DNA of 64,000 bases from the IMG/VR virus record IMGVR_UViG_3300020182_001907; one strand, given 5' to 3'. Positions within the stretch are counted from its first letter, which is position 1; each line of letters begins with the position of its first letter. The notes beneath the pieces were generated by a model. The model saw only the letters and a program-made list of their open reading frames with translations. It had not been told where the DNA came from and ran no database searches. The stretch is from a virus. Shown piece after piece: positions 1 through 9,765 of the stretch. Position numbers and translations under genes: made by a program.

Positions 1-512
1 CTTTTTGTGTCATAACTTCCCGATTTATCAGGATCACTTCTAGCAGTTGCTATTCTTGTTAGTGTGTAGTGACTTAATCTACATTTTCTACGAGGAAGAA
101 CAGTAAATGAATCAAATATGCAGTTTTTGTATGCCTCCCAAAGCCTAATATTTGTTCTCATATCTTCTTTAGGCATACTATTCTCCGCCATTTTCTCCGT
201 CATTATATCTATAATAAACTGATATTTTAATGCACTGTTAACAACAATAATATGTTTGTCCGGAAGTTCTCTCCATTTAGAATATAGTTCGGTTAATAAT
301 TTGCTTTGCCCCATAGGTCCAGTCATTATAAACGCATCAAGGTCGTTTTCTAAAACATTCTCAACACAATTTAAATGAGCTTCAGTGTCGTACCGAAATG
401 TGTAACCTGTTGCTCTAGAGTAACCATATAGTGTATGCTGGTTATCCTTATGTAGTTGGTTGCATAGAGCTGTTCCTAGTCCACCAGTGTGACCAGTAAT
501 TCCAATTTTCAT
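1..512 (-). CDS. Short-chain dehydrogenase/reductase-like protein (partial, runs off window start)
   Basis: Not in ORF track; read manually from ATG at 512: MKIGITGHTGGLGTALC (Rossmann TGxxGxG). ATGA overlap with the stop of the HNH gene. Confidence 0.7.
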   Translation of the reverse strand, partial: MKIGITGHTGGLGTALCNQLHKDNQHTLYGYSRATGYTFRYDTEAHLNCVENVLENDLDAFIMTGPMGQSKLLTELYSKWRELPDKHIIVVNSALKYQFIIDIMTEKMAENSMPKEDMRTNIRLWEAYKNCIFDSFTVLPRRKCRLSHYTLTRIATARSDPDKSGSYDTK

Positions 513-1033
513 TGTATGTATTCCTCCCAACTTGGATGTTTAACTGTGAAAGGCATCTTCTTCCTGTTACTTGCTAGTTCAAAGTAGGTGGGTTGATATG
601 GCTTTCTTATAGGTTTAATAATTTTGTGCCCTTTGTGACTATTGCATTTAGCACATGCTGTAACAATATTAGTCCATGTTGTTTTACCGTGATGCTTTAT
701 AGGTATAACATGATCTAGTGTACCGTTAACCCTGGTTACATCTGTTTCGCAGTACTGGCACACAAACATGTCGCGTAATAATACACAATATTTGCTGAAC
801 CTAGGTGCTCTGTTTTGGTTGACATACTGCTTAACCATTATCACAGCAGGCACTTGTGTTTCCCATGTGGGGGAACTTACAATCCAATCGTCATACCATT
901 CTAGTACGTTAACTCTATCTAACCAAACATACTTGATTGCATCTTGCCAACTAACTGCACTTAATGGCAAAAAACTTATAGGTTGTGCGTCACTATTAAG
1001 TATTAAAGTGTCCATGTTATAAATATTCCGCAA
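509..1033 (-). CDS. HNH endonuclease
   Basis: CQYC...TLDHVIP...GKTTWTNIVTACAKCNSHKG, typical McrA-like HNH motif. Confidence 0.9.
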   Translation of the reverse strand: MRNIYNMDTLILNSDAQPISFLPLSAVSWQDAIKYVWLDRVNVLEWYDDWIVSSPTWETQVPAVIMVKQYVNQNRAPRFSKYCVLLRDMFVCQYCETDVTRVNGTLDHVIPIKHHGKTTWTNIVTACAKCNSHKGHKIIKPIRKPYQPTYFELASNRKKMPFTVKHPSWEEYIQ

Positions 1034-1385
1034 ATTCGTTTATATTTTTACCATTAAGCTGATACCAGGCAGCATCGTCCTCAGAGTAAAAAGTCGCATA
1101 TCTCATACTTATATAATACGGCCATAACATCTTTTTGTCAAGTACTATTATTGCTTTGTTGCTAATTTCTTGTATAACTGGATACGAATTAAATGCAAAG
1201 TGTTTGCATAGTACTGCATTACCATTAAATGTTAATCGTAATCCTTGGTGATGTCCATGACTAAATCTGTAGTTTTTAAATAAAAATGATAACGCTTTAG
1301 ATTTACTTACTTCTTCGTCAAACAGGGTGTTGACATCGTTATATACTGTATAGAGTATGTGTTCATGCAAACTTTTATACGTCAT
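1017..1385 (-). CDS. Hypothetical protein
   Basis: 122 aa ORF packed in the operon; no recognised motif. Confidence 0.6.
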   Translation of the reverse strand: MTYKSLHEHILYTVYNDVNTLFDEEVSKSKALSFLFKNYRFSHGHHQGLRLTFNGNAVLCKHFAFNSYPVIQEISNKAIIVLDKKMLWPYYISMRYATFYSEDDAAWYQLNGKNINEFAEYL

Positions 1386-1671
1386 GTTCCTCTACAACTT
1401 CACCCTGAGTAAGTTTAATTACACAAAACTTGTCTGTATTAAAAATTTTGTTTAATCTATCTCTTAAATTAAACGCATGTCCAGGATTACTAAAAGAAAC
1501 TTTTTTATATTTAGGTCCAGGATAATTTACTAGTGTATTTTGTGTTCTTAAATTAACAGGATTCCCGTCAAAGAATACACTAAAAATTGCTTCTGCACTT
1601 AGCACTTGTTCTGATTTATATGTATGTTTGTTAACTGCTTCTAGTAATATGTGTGGTTTAGGTCTACTCAT
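1375..1671 (-). CDS. Hypothetical phage protein
   Basis: Likely start MSRPKP at 1671, 5 nt after a GATAAATA late-promoter-like motif. Confidence 0.6.
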   Translation of the reverse strand: MSRPKPHILLEAVNKHTYKSEQVLSAEAIFSVFFDGNPVNLRTQNTLVNYPGPKYKKVSFSNPGHAFNLRDRLNKIFNTDKFCVIKLTQGEVVEEHDV

Positions 1672-1696
1672 ACAGGTATTTATCAAAAAACATGTT

Positions 1697-2638
1697 TTAA
1701 CGATTAGCAGTATATGTAAACTCCATATCGTTTAAACTAACACCATTTTCACAACTATTGCACATCTCAAAACATGTGTAAGGTTCCGGCGCTATTTCTT
1801 CATATGATTCTAGTATTAGGTTTCCCAGTACATGTTCTAAGTTATAATCCATACAACATAATACAACATCCCCATTAGGCAAACATACGTTATGATATAG
1901 TCCTTCTGGACAATTACAAGTAGTTGGACTTTCAGGAGGATGGCTAGCCCAGTAAAATATTTCGGGAAGCAATTCTGGCTTTAGTAAACGTTCTTTTTCC
2001 AAATTTCCTGCTCTCGAATACATTTTACTTGCACTAAATCCGTTCCAGAGATGGCTGAATTCATCTAATACTTCTCCCATGCACATTACATCAAAATTTT
2101 GTACTCTGTGCTCGTTTTCTTTAATATGCTGTAAAAGTTTACGATATCTATCAGTTATAGGATGCTTTGCTCTTTTTTCTTTGTCAGGCAAATGTAGCAT
2201 GAATCCACCGTTCGGATTTCCAGCAAAAGGTATATGTGCTATTTTCTCAAAATCCTCAACGCTCATACCTATGCCTGTGGTAAAAACACTTACAGGATGC
2301 CCGGTTTCGTGTGCATAAACAATCATATCAGCACAGTGGTTGTTTACAAATGGTTCTGTAAACCCTGCAAATGTAACTCTAAGCTCAAGTGGTAATTTAT
2401 CAACCATGTGTTTAAAGCTATCAAGAGATAACATAGTTAAGTCACTGTATGCTTTAGTTAATACACGCTGCGGGCAAAATACACAATCAACAGGACAACC
2501 TTTTAACGGTATATTTGTTGTAAATTCCATAGTAGGGAAATCTGTAGTTTTCCAAGGATGTGTTGTAAATTTTTTGTGTTTTACCACAGTGTTTACTTTT
2601 TTTGGTATAACTTCAACGGTTTTAATTAAGTTAATCAT
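1697..2638 (-). CDS. Radical SAM protein with SPASM/twitch domain
   Basis: CPVDCVFC (Cx3Cx2C), GFTEPF, C-terminal CNC...PNGDVVLCCMD...CxxC. Confidence 0.85.
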   Translation of the reverse strand: MINLIKTVEVIPKKVNTVVKHKKFTTHPWKTTDFPTMEFTTNIPLKGCPVDCVFCPQRVLTKAYSDLTMLSLDSFKHMVDKLPLELRVTFAGFTEPFVNNHCADMIVYAHETGHPVSVFTTGIGMSVEDFEKIAHIPFAGNPNGGFMLHLPDKEKRAKHPITDRYRKLLQHIKENEHRVQNFDVMCMGEVLDEFSHLWNGFSASKMYSRAGNLEKERLLKPELLPEIFYWASHPPESPTTCNCPEGLYHNVCLPNGDVVLCCMDYNLEHVLGNLILESYEEIAPEPYTCFEMCNSCENGVSLNDMEFTYTANR

Positions 2639-3162
2639 TATGTTAATTTCTGAGCATTCCTATATACTTTATTTAACTGTTTTAATCTCTGTTTAGCGTC
2701 AAAGGCAGTTTTAAAAGGACCTTCGTAACCATATTTCTCAAGTGTGGCTAGTTTGGGCCCGTGTGCATGCTTCCACCCTTTTTCAAAGTTAATTGTGTAA
2801 AAACCAGCAGCATAGTATACATCGCTATCTAAAATCTTTGTGTATAAAGGTAAATCATGCCGATAGTCTGGATTAGACTCTTCTAAGGCAAATGGTTCTG
2901 TATAATCTACTTGATGCCCTTTAACAAAAAACTTATCTGGTTTTTGTATAGGTTTTTTTATTTGTACCTCAAACATCTCTACATTACCAAAATGCTTAAT
3001 TACTGCAGACTTGTCTGTAAAATGAAGTAGTTCTTTACCAGTTATAAAAGTAAAATGGTCTTGTACATCTTTATTTAATATGCCCATTCTGTTTTCACCT
3101 TGATGAACTAACCAAGCAACGTCTGATACCTGCTGTAACATTATCTCTTTAAAGTACGACAT
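2638..3162 (-). CDS. Hypothetical phage protein
   Basis: Probable start MSYFKE at 3162 avoids overlap with the upstream gene. Confidence 0.6.
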   Translation of the reverse strand: MSYFKEIMLQQVSDVAWLVHQGENRMGILNKDVQDHFTFITGKELLHFTDKSAVIKHFGNVEMFEVQIKKPIQKPDKFFVKGHQVDYTEPFALEESNPDYRHDLPLYTKILDSDVYYAAGFYTINFEKGWKHAHGPKLATLEKYGYEGPFKTAFDAKQRLKQLNKVYRNAQKLT

Positions 3163-3172
3163 GTGTTTTTTC

Positions 3173-3433
3173 CTATTTTGTATCCCCAAACCTTCTAGGT
3201 CGGGTAAATTCTTGTTGTATTGCTTCGTGCGCACTATTGCCTTCAGCTGCTTTGCGTATATTGTAATATTTTTCTCGTTTAGTGTCTATCCAGGGAGGTA
3301 CATTACTATCTGGATCTCCCATAAACGGTCTTCTATATACTTGCTCATCTACTCTTTCGTAAACCCATTTAATATCAGGCTGGCCATTTTCTAAAATCCA
3401 AGCAGCTTTGTCTGTATCTGTCCACTCTATCAT
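3173..3433 (-). CDS. Hypothetical protein
   Basis: 86 aa ORF, 4-nt overlap with upstream gene. Confidence 0.55.
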   Translation of the reverse strand: MIEWTDTDKAAWILENGQPDIKWVYERVDEQVYRRPFMGDPDSNVPPWIDTKREKYYNIRKAAEGNSAHEAIQQEFTRPRRFGDTK

Positions 3434-3636
3434 AGTTTAAATGCCAATACCATTAGTATACACAATAAAAGTATATTTGTAAAGAAGATTTCTATTGCAA
3501 GAATAGTATGATACCAAACCCAGCGGGACTCATATATCTTGTTTACTTCTGGGTGACTGCCTTTTTCTATAATAGCTTTATCCAGTATATTATCTTCAAC
3601 TGGACGTTCGAAGAATTTAATTATTTTTGCTAACAT
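3430..3636 (-). CDS. Small membrane protein
   Basis: C-terminal hydrophobic helix. Confidence 0.55.
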   Translation of the reverse strand: MLAKIIKFFERPVEDNILDKAIIEKGSHPEVNKIYESRWVWYHTILAIEIFFTNILLLCILMVLAFKL

Positions 3637-3685
3637 TGTCTAATTGTTCCTTCTAGTTCTATCTTTTCTGAGGACATACAATCCA

Positions 3686-4675
3686 TTATTTAACTCCTGC
3701 GTTTAATAACGTAGCAAACTCTGTAGGTTGATCACTAAGTCTCTTTAAATCCCACTTAGCACAAAACTTCATAAAGTGTATGCCTACGTTCTGTACTTTT
3801 TCTTTATTTACTGCCTCAGCAATTACCGCATTGCATGCCTGCTTAACTTCTTCTGGTTGCATGGTTAAATCAATTAATGTACGGTTACGTTCATAGTCAT
3901 CTCGAACACGATGCTCTATATCTTCATGGTCTGTCCAGCGTTGTAGCATAAAGTTATTGTAATTAAAGCCACCAGTGTTTCGATCTGCAAACGCTTCCGA
4001 AATACCAGTTTTATTTTTACTGCCCTTAGTACGTGCGCCTGGGTAAGCAGCAAACACATTGTCTGCACTATCACCACGAACACATTTTTCAAACAGAATC
4101 CATTCAGGATCAGGCAGTACTTTATCTTTACCAGTCTTCTTATCAACTATACGCTTACCACTCTTAGCATCAACAAATCCTTCTAGACTAACAATTGTAT
4201 CCTGTGTGCCGTTATATTGCTTGACATTGGGCGCCATTAGCTGATGGAAATCACTATCTGTACTTACAATAACATGTTGATCATCTGGATGCTTTTGTAT
4301 CCAGGTAGCAATTAGGTCGTCAGCCTCAGCATTACCACACTGGATAACACTAGAGTTTGTCTTTTCAGTAAAGAACTTGATCATGTCATTATAAGCTTCA
4401 AAGAACAATTCGTCATCTTCTTGTTCCCTGACTGATCTTTTAGCTGCTAACACTTTACGATTGGCTTTGTAAGGGGGGTAAAAGTCTTTACGCCATGAAC
4501 GACCTTCTAAACAAAACACAACATGACTGCCGTTAAAATCCTTCCAGGCCTTCTTAATGCTGTTAAACATAATGTGCATTGCCATGCCAATCTTCATGTC
4601 AATGTCCTTACCACCACCCACATGCTTTGCTCTGAAAAACATGTTCAAACTGTCTACTAGGATATATGTTGACAC
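3686..4675 (-). CDS. T4 RNase H-like 5'-3' exonuclease (flap endonuclease family)
   Basis: ILVDSLN, WRKDFYPPYKANR, EADDLIA, STDSDFHQL, RGDSADNV motifs; GGAGG RBS, GTG start. Confidence 0.9.
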   Translation of the reverse strand: MSTYILVDSLNMFFRAKHVGGGKDIDMKIGMAMHIMFNSIKKAWKDFNGSHVVFCLEGRSWRKDFYPPYKANRKVLAAKRSVREQEDDELFFEAYNDMIKFFTEKTNSSVIQCGNAEADDLIATWIQKHPDDQHVIVSTDSDFHQLMAPNVKQYNGTQDTIVSLEGFVDAKSGKRIVDKKTGKDKVLPDPEWILFEKCVRGDSADNVFAAYPGARTKGSKNKTGISEAFADRNTGGFNYNNFMLQRWTDHEDIEHRVRDDYERNRTLIDLTMQPEEVKQACNAVIAEAVNKEKVQNVGIHFMKFCAKWDLKRLSDQPTEFATLLNAGVK

Positions 4676-4684
4676 TGTGACCTC

Positions 4685-5032
4685 CTATGGTCGATTCATT
4701 ACACGTAAATATTTAAGTTTGGTTTTGCCTTTATTGTACACACGATGAAATACACCTGCTTGAACAGTTACAATGTCTTGTGCATTTACTTTGTGTGTTT
4801 CTTCGATTTCTCCCTGCCCTTCGTCAGGATATCTCAAATACATCTCACCTGCGCCCTGGGTAAAAAAGAAAATTTCATCTTGTAAATGATGTTTGTGTCC
4901 AGCAGTATGGCTACCCGAAAACAGGTGAGTGCTACTGAGTATGAGATTATCACCAACAAAGTTATCTTTTACAGTATAACTGTCATTCTCTTTGGTGATA
5001 TGTCCGCCAATGTCATCAAATTCATCCTTCAT
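4685..5032 (-). CDS. Cupin-domain protein
   Basis: GHKHHLQDEIFFFTQGAG and VQAGVFHRVYN cupin motifs 1 and 2. Confidence 0.8.
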   Translation of the reverse strand: MKDEFDDIGGHITKENDSYTVKDNFVGDNLILSSTHLFSGSHTAGHKHHLQDEIFFFTQGAGEMYLRYPDEGQGEIEETHKVNAQDIVTVQAGVFHRVYNKGKTKLKYLRVMNRP

Positions 5033-5336
5033 TACTAGTCCTGCCCTCGTGACCTTGAATACCTTGACGTCCTTGTGTTGCTTGAGAACCAGTGTTGCCC
5101 TGTGGCACCAACTGTGTTTTGAACTCCTTGTACATCTTGTATGCCTTGAGCGCCAGTTGTGCCTTCTTCTTAGACTTCTTCTTCATACGGCGCAATTTTG
5201 CAAAAAAGTTTGATAATCGCTGTGATACAATTTCCCTGCGTTTATGACGTCTAGTTCTAGCACGTTCAGACTGTTCAACTCTTTTGGTCTTAACAACAGG
5301 TTTAACAACAACTTCTTCTAATATTTTGTCTTCCAT
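5022..5336 (-). CDS. Hypothetical basic protein
   Basis: Lys/Arg-rich; GAGG RBS upstream. Confidence 0.55.
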   Translation of the reverse strand: MEDKILEEVVVKPVVKTKRVEQSERARTRRHKRREIVSQRLSNFFAKLRRMKKKSKKKAQLALKAYKMYKEFKTQLVPQGNTGSQATQGRQGIQGHEGRTSNEG

Positions 5337-5343
5337 AACTACC

Positions 5344-5529
5344 TCACTTTGAATGCGGTGGTTTTTTTACCTCTACAAACCATTCGTGCTTGCGACTAAC
5401 CGGATTGAATTTTTTCATTCGCATTTTTTCCATCTTCTTCTTTTTGGATACAGTGTAATGATACTCGTGAGATTCACGAGTTTGTCCTTCTGGGATCAAA
5501 TACACAATGTCGTTGTCTTTTCTAGCCAT
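5344..5529 (-). CDS. rpmG: 50S ribosomal protein bL33 (Cys-free type)
   Basis: 61 aa; YHYTVSK...KMRMKKFNPVSRKHEWFVEVK matches the bL33 pattern HFYTTxK...KLELKKFDPxxRxHVxFxExK; GGAG RBS. Confidence 0.8.
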   Translation of the reverse strand: MARKDNDIVYLIPEGQTRESHEYHYTVSKKKKMEKMRMKKFNPVSRKHEWFVEVKKPPHSK

Positions 5530-5530
5530 T

Positions 5531-5755
5531 TTAATCTCCGTTTAAAATATCGTCAAAAGGTGATTCTTTTAAACCAACCTCTCTTGCTTTTTCTAAGTCT
5601 TGCTCTAAGTTAATTTTAAGGTAATTTCGGTAATTTGTCAAGATATAATTTACCTCTGCATTAGACATAGTTTTAATATACTCATCTATAACAGGTTGTA
5701 CTGCATTCATTAAGGCAGCCAGTTTAAGTTTACTTTTGGTATCAACGTCTTTCAT
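5531..5755 (-). CDS. Hypothetical protein
   Basis: 74 aa ORF in tight operon. Confidence 0.55.
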   Translation of the reverse strand: MKDVDTKSKLKLAALMNAVQPVIDEYIKTMSNAEVNYILTNYRNYLKINLEQDLEKAREVGLKESPFDDILNGD

Positions 5756-6146
5756 GTGGGTCTACCTGTTGTAATCCGTAATCTTGGTCAGCCCCTGCTT
5801 GCAATAACACACTCCTACAAATACTGTTGAACCATTGATTAACAACATCTTCATCACTCTTGCCAGCCAAGCCGTTTGAAGACAGCATTTTAATAAATTC
5901 ATCGTTCCAATCTAATTCAAAAAAGCCTTGTGTTACATCGTCAGGATTAACACCAACTTCAATAACACTTACCCAAGGTTCCTCTCGCTTTGTTGCGTCT
6001 TCCTTGTCCCATTTGTTATTGATTTTAGTAACTTCTTCAGCTAACTTTTCTTCATCTTTAATTTCGTAATTAGCCTTTGCTAACTCTAGTTCTCTGTCTT
6101 TTTTGCCCCAACTAGTTGGGTGCATTCTAAAAGGTATTCTAGCCAT
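5742..6146 (-). CDS. Hypothetical phage protein
   Basis: 134 aa ORF directly after queE. Confidence 0.6.
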   Translation of the reverse strand: MARIPFRMHPTSWGKKDRELELAKANYEIKDEEKLAEEVTKINNKWDKEDATKREEPWVSVIEVGVNPDDVTQGFFELDWNDEFIKMLSSNGLAGKSDEDVVNQWFNSICRSVLLQAGADQDYGLQQVDPHERR

Positions 6147-6147
6147 A

Positions 6148-7071
6148 TTATTTTCCTATTGCGTTTCCGTATATATGAACGTGGGCTCTTGTAGTATAGT
6201 TGTAACCACGTTGTATTGCTTCATCAGCAATGTTTGCTTCTGTTAAAGTAAGTCCTTCAAAGGTACCACCAACGCCCATAATCCAAACAGGAAAATCACA
6301 ACCGGCATCTCTAAATGCTTTAGTGTGTTCTTCCACTTCACGCCATGATTCCTTCGAACCGTTTACCACAAACTTTAACTGCCCGTGAGGACTAACCTGT
6401 ACATACTTACCTACTACTTTTGGCTTAATTGCTTTAGAGTTCTTCTCTCCAGCAGTGTTCCACAGTTTAGGTGAAATACTCCAATACCATTCAGGCGAAC
6501 CTAATGAGTCAGATAGCAATCCACCATAATCGCTTGAGGTATAAAATCTTCCTTGTATCCAACTAGCCATCTCGTCTGTGATATGCTGTGTACCGTTTGT
6601 TTCCACAGTAACGTTCTTGGGTGTGTTGAGCCGTTTATGAAACTCCTGCATAACAGCAATCATGCTCTTTTGGCTTGCTTTAAGCATGGGCTCACCACCT
6701 GTAAACACCATGTGTGTCCATTGCTTTGTTTTAGGATGACAGAACTTTCCATGTGGCAGCAATGCAGTTAGTTCGTCTACACCTTGCTCAACAGTGCGAT
6801 TATTAATCAAGTGTCGATACCGTTTGCTCCAAGTATATGAACTGTCACATCCTTTATCAAATACAGGCAAGTCAAACACACTTGTGATGTTAGTAATATC
6901 TAGTGTTTCATAAGGTAGTTCATATGTACTAGGATCAGTAGGATCAGTTTGTCCAAACCCGTCACACTGCAAGTTGCACAGAAAGAAACGCATCCACAAG
7001 CTGGGTATGCCTGTGTATGCGCCTTCGCCTTGTGCACTAAAAAATGTTTCTGAATATTTAAGTGATTCCAT
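6148..7071 (-). CDS. queE: 7-carboxy-7-deazaguanine synthase (QueE-like radical SAM)
   Basis: ETFFSAQGEG..TGIPSLWMRF..CNLQC...GCDSSY, FTGGEP, VETNGT, SISPK, HVHIYGN. Confidence 0.85.
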   Translation of the reverse strand: MESLKYSETFFSAQGEGAYTGIPSLWMRFFLCNLQCDGFGQTDPTDPSTYELPYETLDITNITSVFDLPVFDKGCDSSYTWSKRYRHLINNRTVEQGVDELTALLPHGKFCHPKTKQWTHMVFTGGEPMLKASQKSMIAVMQEFHKRLNTPKNVTVETNGTQHITDEMASWIQGRFYTSSDYGGLLSDSLGSPEWYWSISPKLWNTAGEKNSKAIKPKVVGKYVQVSPHGQLKFVVNGSKESWREVEEHTKAFRDAGCDFPVWIMGVGGTFEGLTLTEANIADEAIQRGYNYTTRAHVHIYGNAIGK

Positions 7072-7615
7072 TTATTTCTCCGAAATCAAATTTTAGACTG
7101 GATAACAGATATTCTATATCGCTCTGCTCTAACTCGCCATAGCTCTTTACAAAAGCATCATATACGATTTGATGCAACATACTTTCCTTAAAATGGTACT
7201 CATTTATGTATAAATCTTTTAAGATGTCACGTAATATATGGTGTAATCCTACCGCAAACAACCGTTTTAAATCGTCAGTGTTTAAATGTACATTTCCATA
7301 TGCAAGCACCGCTAAAAATACCCATTTACTTAGTCCCAGTGTGTGCAGAGATAGTTCGTTTTTTGCGTTGTGGGTTACTTCTAGTTCAATAAATTCCTTA
7401 TTACTAATTTCTGTTGTGTCAAGATAATAATCTATGCAAGCAAATACTTCTTCGTAAGTAACTGGATACAATCTTTTTGTGCGTACTAAGTTCCTATCTA
7501 CTACTACACTTTCTAATACTGCATCCACCGGTGTAGCAGTGGATTCAATAAGCACTTGATTACTAAATTGTCTCCTACCGAACATTATTACGAATGCCCC
7601 TTCATGCTTAAACAT
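7058..7615 (-). CDS. Hypothetical protein
   Basis: 185 aa ORF between folE and queE; start uncertain. Confidence 0.55.
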   Translation of the reverse strand: MFKHEGAFVIMFGRRQFSNQVLIESTATPVDAVLESVVVDRNLVRTKRLYPVTYEEVFACIDYYLDTTEISNKEFIELEVTHNAKNELSLHTLGLSKWVFLAVLAYGNVHLNTDDLKRLFAVGLHHILRDILKDLYINEYHFKESMLHQIVYDAFVKSYGELEQSDIEYLLSSLKFDFGEINGIT

Positions 7616-8259
7616 ACATCGTAAAACTCTTTCTTTAAACTCTTGTCTGATTGGAATAGGCCATGCATAACAGCAGTTGTCATATCCGATTCATGTTCTT
7701 TGACGCCTCTGTGCGTCATACAATGATGTTCTGCTTTAACTAAAACAGCAACATTAGGCGTCTTTGCATACTCCATTAATGCCTCTGCAATCTGTGTAGT
7801 CATCTCTTCCTGAATCTGTGGCCGCTCTGCAATGTGATGTGCTAGACGATTAAACTTGCTGAGACCAATTACTTCTTCCTCAGGAAAAATACCTACCCAA
7901 CACTTTCCAACGATATTTTGAAAATGGTGTGCACAAGTACTCCTGATACTTATAGGTCCTGTAACATACAAGCTTTTGTAGCCCATGTTAGGAAAACTTG
8001 TTACTCTAGGAACAGGTGCATAACGGCCGCCAAATGTTTCCCTAATAAACATTTTTGCAACACGTTTTGCAGTTTCTTGTGTATTGTGATCGTTATCTGT
8101 GTCAATAACCAGGGCTTCTAGTACACTCTGCATAGCAGTTTGTACTTCTGATTGTAATTGATCTAGTTCACCTTCATAGATAAACTCTGCAATATTGTCA
8201 TTACTGTGGAACCGCTTGCCTGCTTTTCCTATGCGGCTACGAATTTTGTCTGAAATCAT
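7588..8259 (-). CDS. folE: GTP cyclohydrolase I
   Basis: ETAKRVAKM, STCAHHF, IGLSKFNR, RPQIQEEMT, AEHHCMTHRGV. Confidence 0.95.
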   Translation of the reverse strand: MISDKIRSRIGKAGKRFHSNDNIAEFIYEGELDQLQSEVQTAMQSVLEALVIDTDNDHNTQETAKRVAKMFIRETFGGRYAPVPRVTSFPNMGYKSLYVTGPISIRSTCAHHFQNIVGKCWVGIFPEEEVIGLSKFNRLAHHIAERPQIQEEMTTQIAEALMEYAKTPNVAVLVKAEHHCMTHRGVKEHESDMTTAVMHGLFQSDKSLKKEFYDVCLSMKGHS

Positions 8260-8285
8260 ATTAAGAATCCTTTGTAAGTTTTATA

Positions 8286-8314
8286 ATTATACAGCTATTT
8301 AGACAGGAAGTCAA
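8286..8314 (-). promoter_or_regulatory. Sigma70-like promoter upstream of folE
   Basis: TTGACT-N17-TATAAT on the minus strand. Confidence 0.65.
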
Positions 8315-8329
8315 GTATCAAAGGAAAAT

Positions 8330-8830
8330 TTAAGACCACCAATTTTCCCAGGGGAATTCAAACCATTGTGTATCGTCAGATCTACGTATATCCCTACCAG
8401 TGAAATCCACTTCAAATTCAACTTCATGGTTATGAATAGCAGCAGCGTAACTTACATAAGCAAAATGGCCTTCATTATGAATAAACTCTGCTATTTGTTT
8501 GAATGTTTTAGCAGTATCACATATATCATCTACTATTAATACGTCTTGACCTACGAAGTATTTTAATATGTCATTGAGTTTACTGGTTTCTCTAATATAG
8601 CCATCCCGAGTTTGCCATGCAACAGCGTGTGTTGGTACACTAAAATAGTGACTTAGTTTGTTAGAGAAGTCTACACCACCTCGCATAATGCCTACAATAA
8701 CATCTGGTTTATAATTAGCGATTGACATTTGACGAACACATTCTGAATAATATCCGTTCATTTGTTGTTCTGATAATTTTTCTATTACAGGCATTGTAAT
8801 TTTTTCCCAGTGGTACTGCTCTTTTGCCAA
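8330..8830 (-). CDS. Purine phosphoribosyltransferase (xanthine-guanine PRT-like, type I)
   Basis: IVGIMRGG, PRPP-binding VLIVDDICDTAKTF, C-terminal WFEFPWE. Confidence 0.85.
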   Translation of the reverse strand: MAKEQYHWEKITMPVIEKLSEQQMNGYYSECVRQMSIANYKPDVIVGIMRGGVDFSNKLSHYFSVPTHAVAWQTRDGYIRETSKLNDILKYFVGQDVLIVDDICDTAKTFKQIAEFIHNEGHFAYVSYAAAIHNHEVEFEVDFTGRDIRRSDDTQWFEFPWENWWS

Positions 8831-9765
8831 TCATATGCATGACTTACTATATCTTTTAAAGTAAACTGTGGCTGCCAGCCTAGTAATTCTTTTGCTTTAG
8901 TAGTATCTGCATTCGTAGCAGCAATATCTCCAGGCCTAGCCGGGCCTACATCATACTCTATTGCTCTTGCATGTTTTTCTATTACTGCATTCATAACATC
9001 TAATATGCTATAAGAATTACCACAGCCAATATTAAATACATCACTAGTTTCTTGGTCATGTATATAATTTAATGCTGCTAGATGCGCAGTAGCAACATCA
9101 TATACATGTGTGTAATCTCTTTGAGCTGTGCCGTCAGGTGTGTTGTAAGAATTACCATTTACTGTAAATGTTTCTTGTTTTAATGCTGAGATGCATAAGG
9201 CTGGAATTAAGTGACTTGCAGGACTTTGTGTATAACCATGGCTTAAGTCAGGCATCGCACCAGCAGCATTAAAATAACGTAGAATTATATAGTTAAAGTC
9301 ATATGCTTTTCTATAATCCTCCAAAATCGTCTCTATAATGAGTTTTGATCTAGCATAGGGACTTTGCGGGTTACAATCGTGTGTCTCGGGTGTAGGAGTA
9401 GATGCATTGCCATAAACACTACTTGAGCTACTGAAGACAAATTCTTTAACACCAGCATCTACAGCACAATTTAGCAGATTGATAGTATTTGCAACATTGT
9501 TTGCATAGTAAACTGCTGGATCAATAACGCTTCTACCAACTTCATGATCAGCAGCAAGGTGTATAATACTGTCAGGTCGTACTAGTTTTATAATACCTTT
9601 TACTTGATTATTGTCAATATCAAAGGGATATTGTGATACTCCTTCTATTTTTTTCTTTTTTCTATCTAAATTAATAACATTGTGTCCTGCGGATACTAAT
9701 AATTTACATACCACAGTACCAATAAAGCCTGAACCTCCTGTAACTAAGATCGTTTTACTTTCCAT
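8785..9765 (-). CDS. galE: UDP-glucose 4-epimerase
   Basis: LVTGGSGFIG, FSSSSSVYG, SPYARSK, LRYFNAAGA, PDGTAQRDYTHV; start MESK at 9765 with GGAG RBS. Confidence 0.9.
   Translation of the reverse strand: MESKTILVTGGSGFIGTVVCKLLVSAGHNVINLDRKKKKIEGVSQYPFDIDNNQVKGIIKLVRPDSIIHLAADHEVGRSVIDPAVYYANNVANTINLLNCAVDAGVKEFVFSSSSSVYGNASTPTPETHDCNPQSPYARSKLIIETILEDYRKAYDFNYIILRYFNAAGAMPDLSHGYTQSPASHLIPALCISALKQETFTVNGNSYNTPDGTAQRDYTHVYDVATAHLAALNYIHDQETSDVFNIGCGNSYSILDVMNAVIEKHARAIEYDVGPARPGDIAATNADTTKAKELLGWQPQFTLKDIVSHAYDWQKSSTTGKKLQCL

Noticed and set aside
5040-5105. Collagen-like domain
   Set aside because: Only about six imperfect Gly-X-Y triplets; too short to support.
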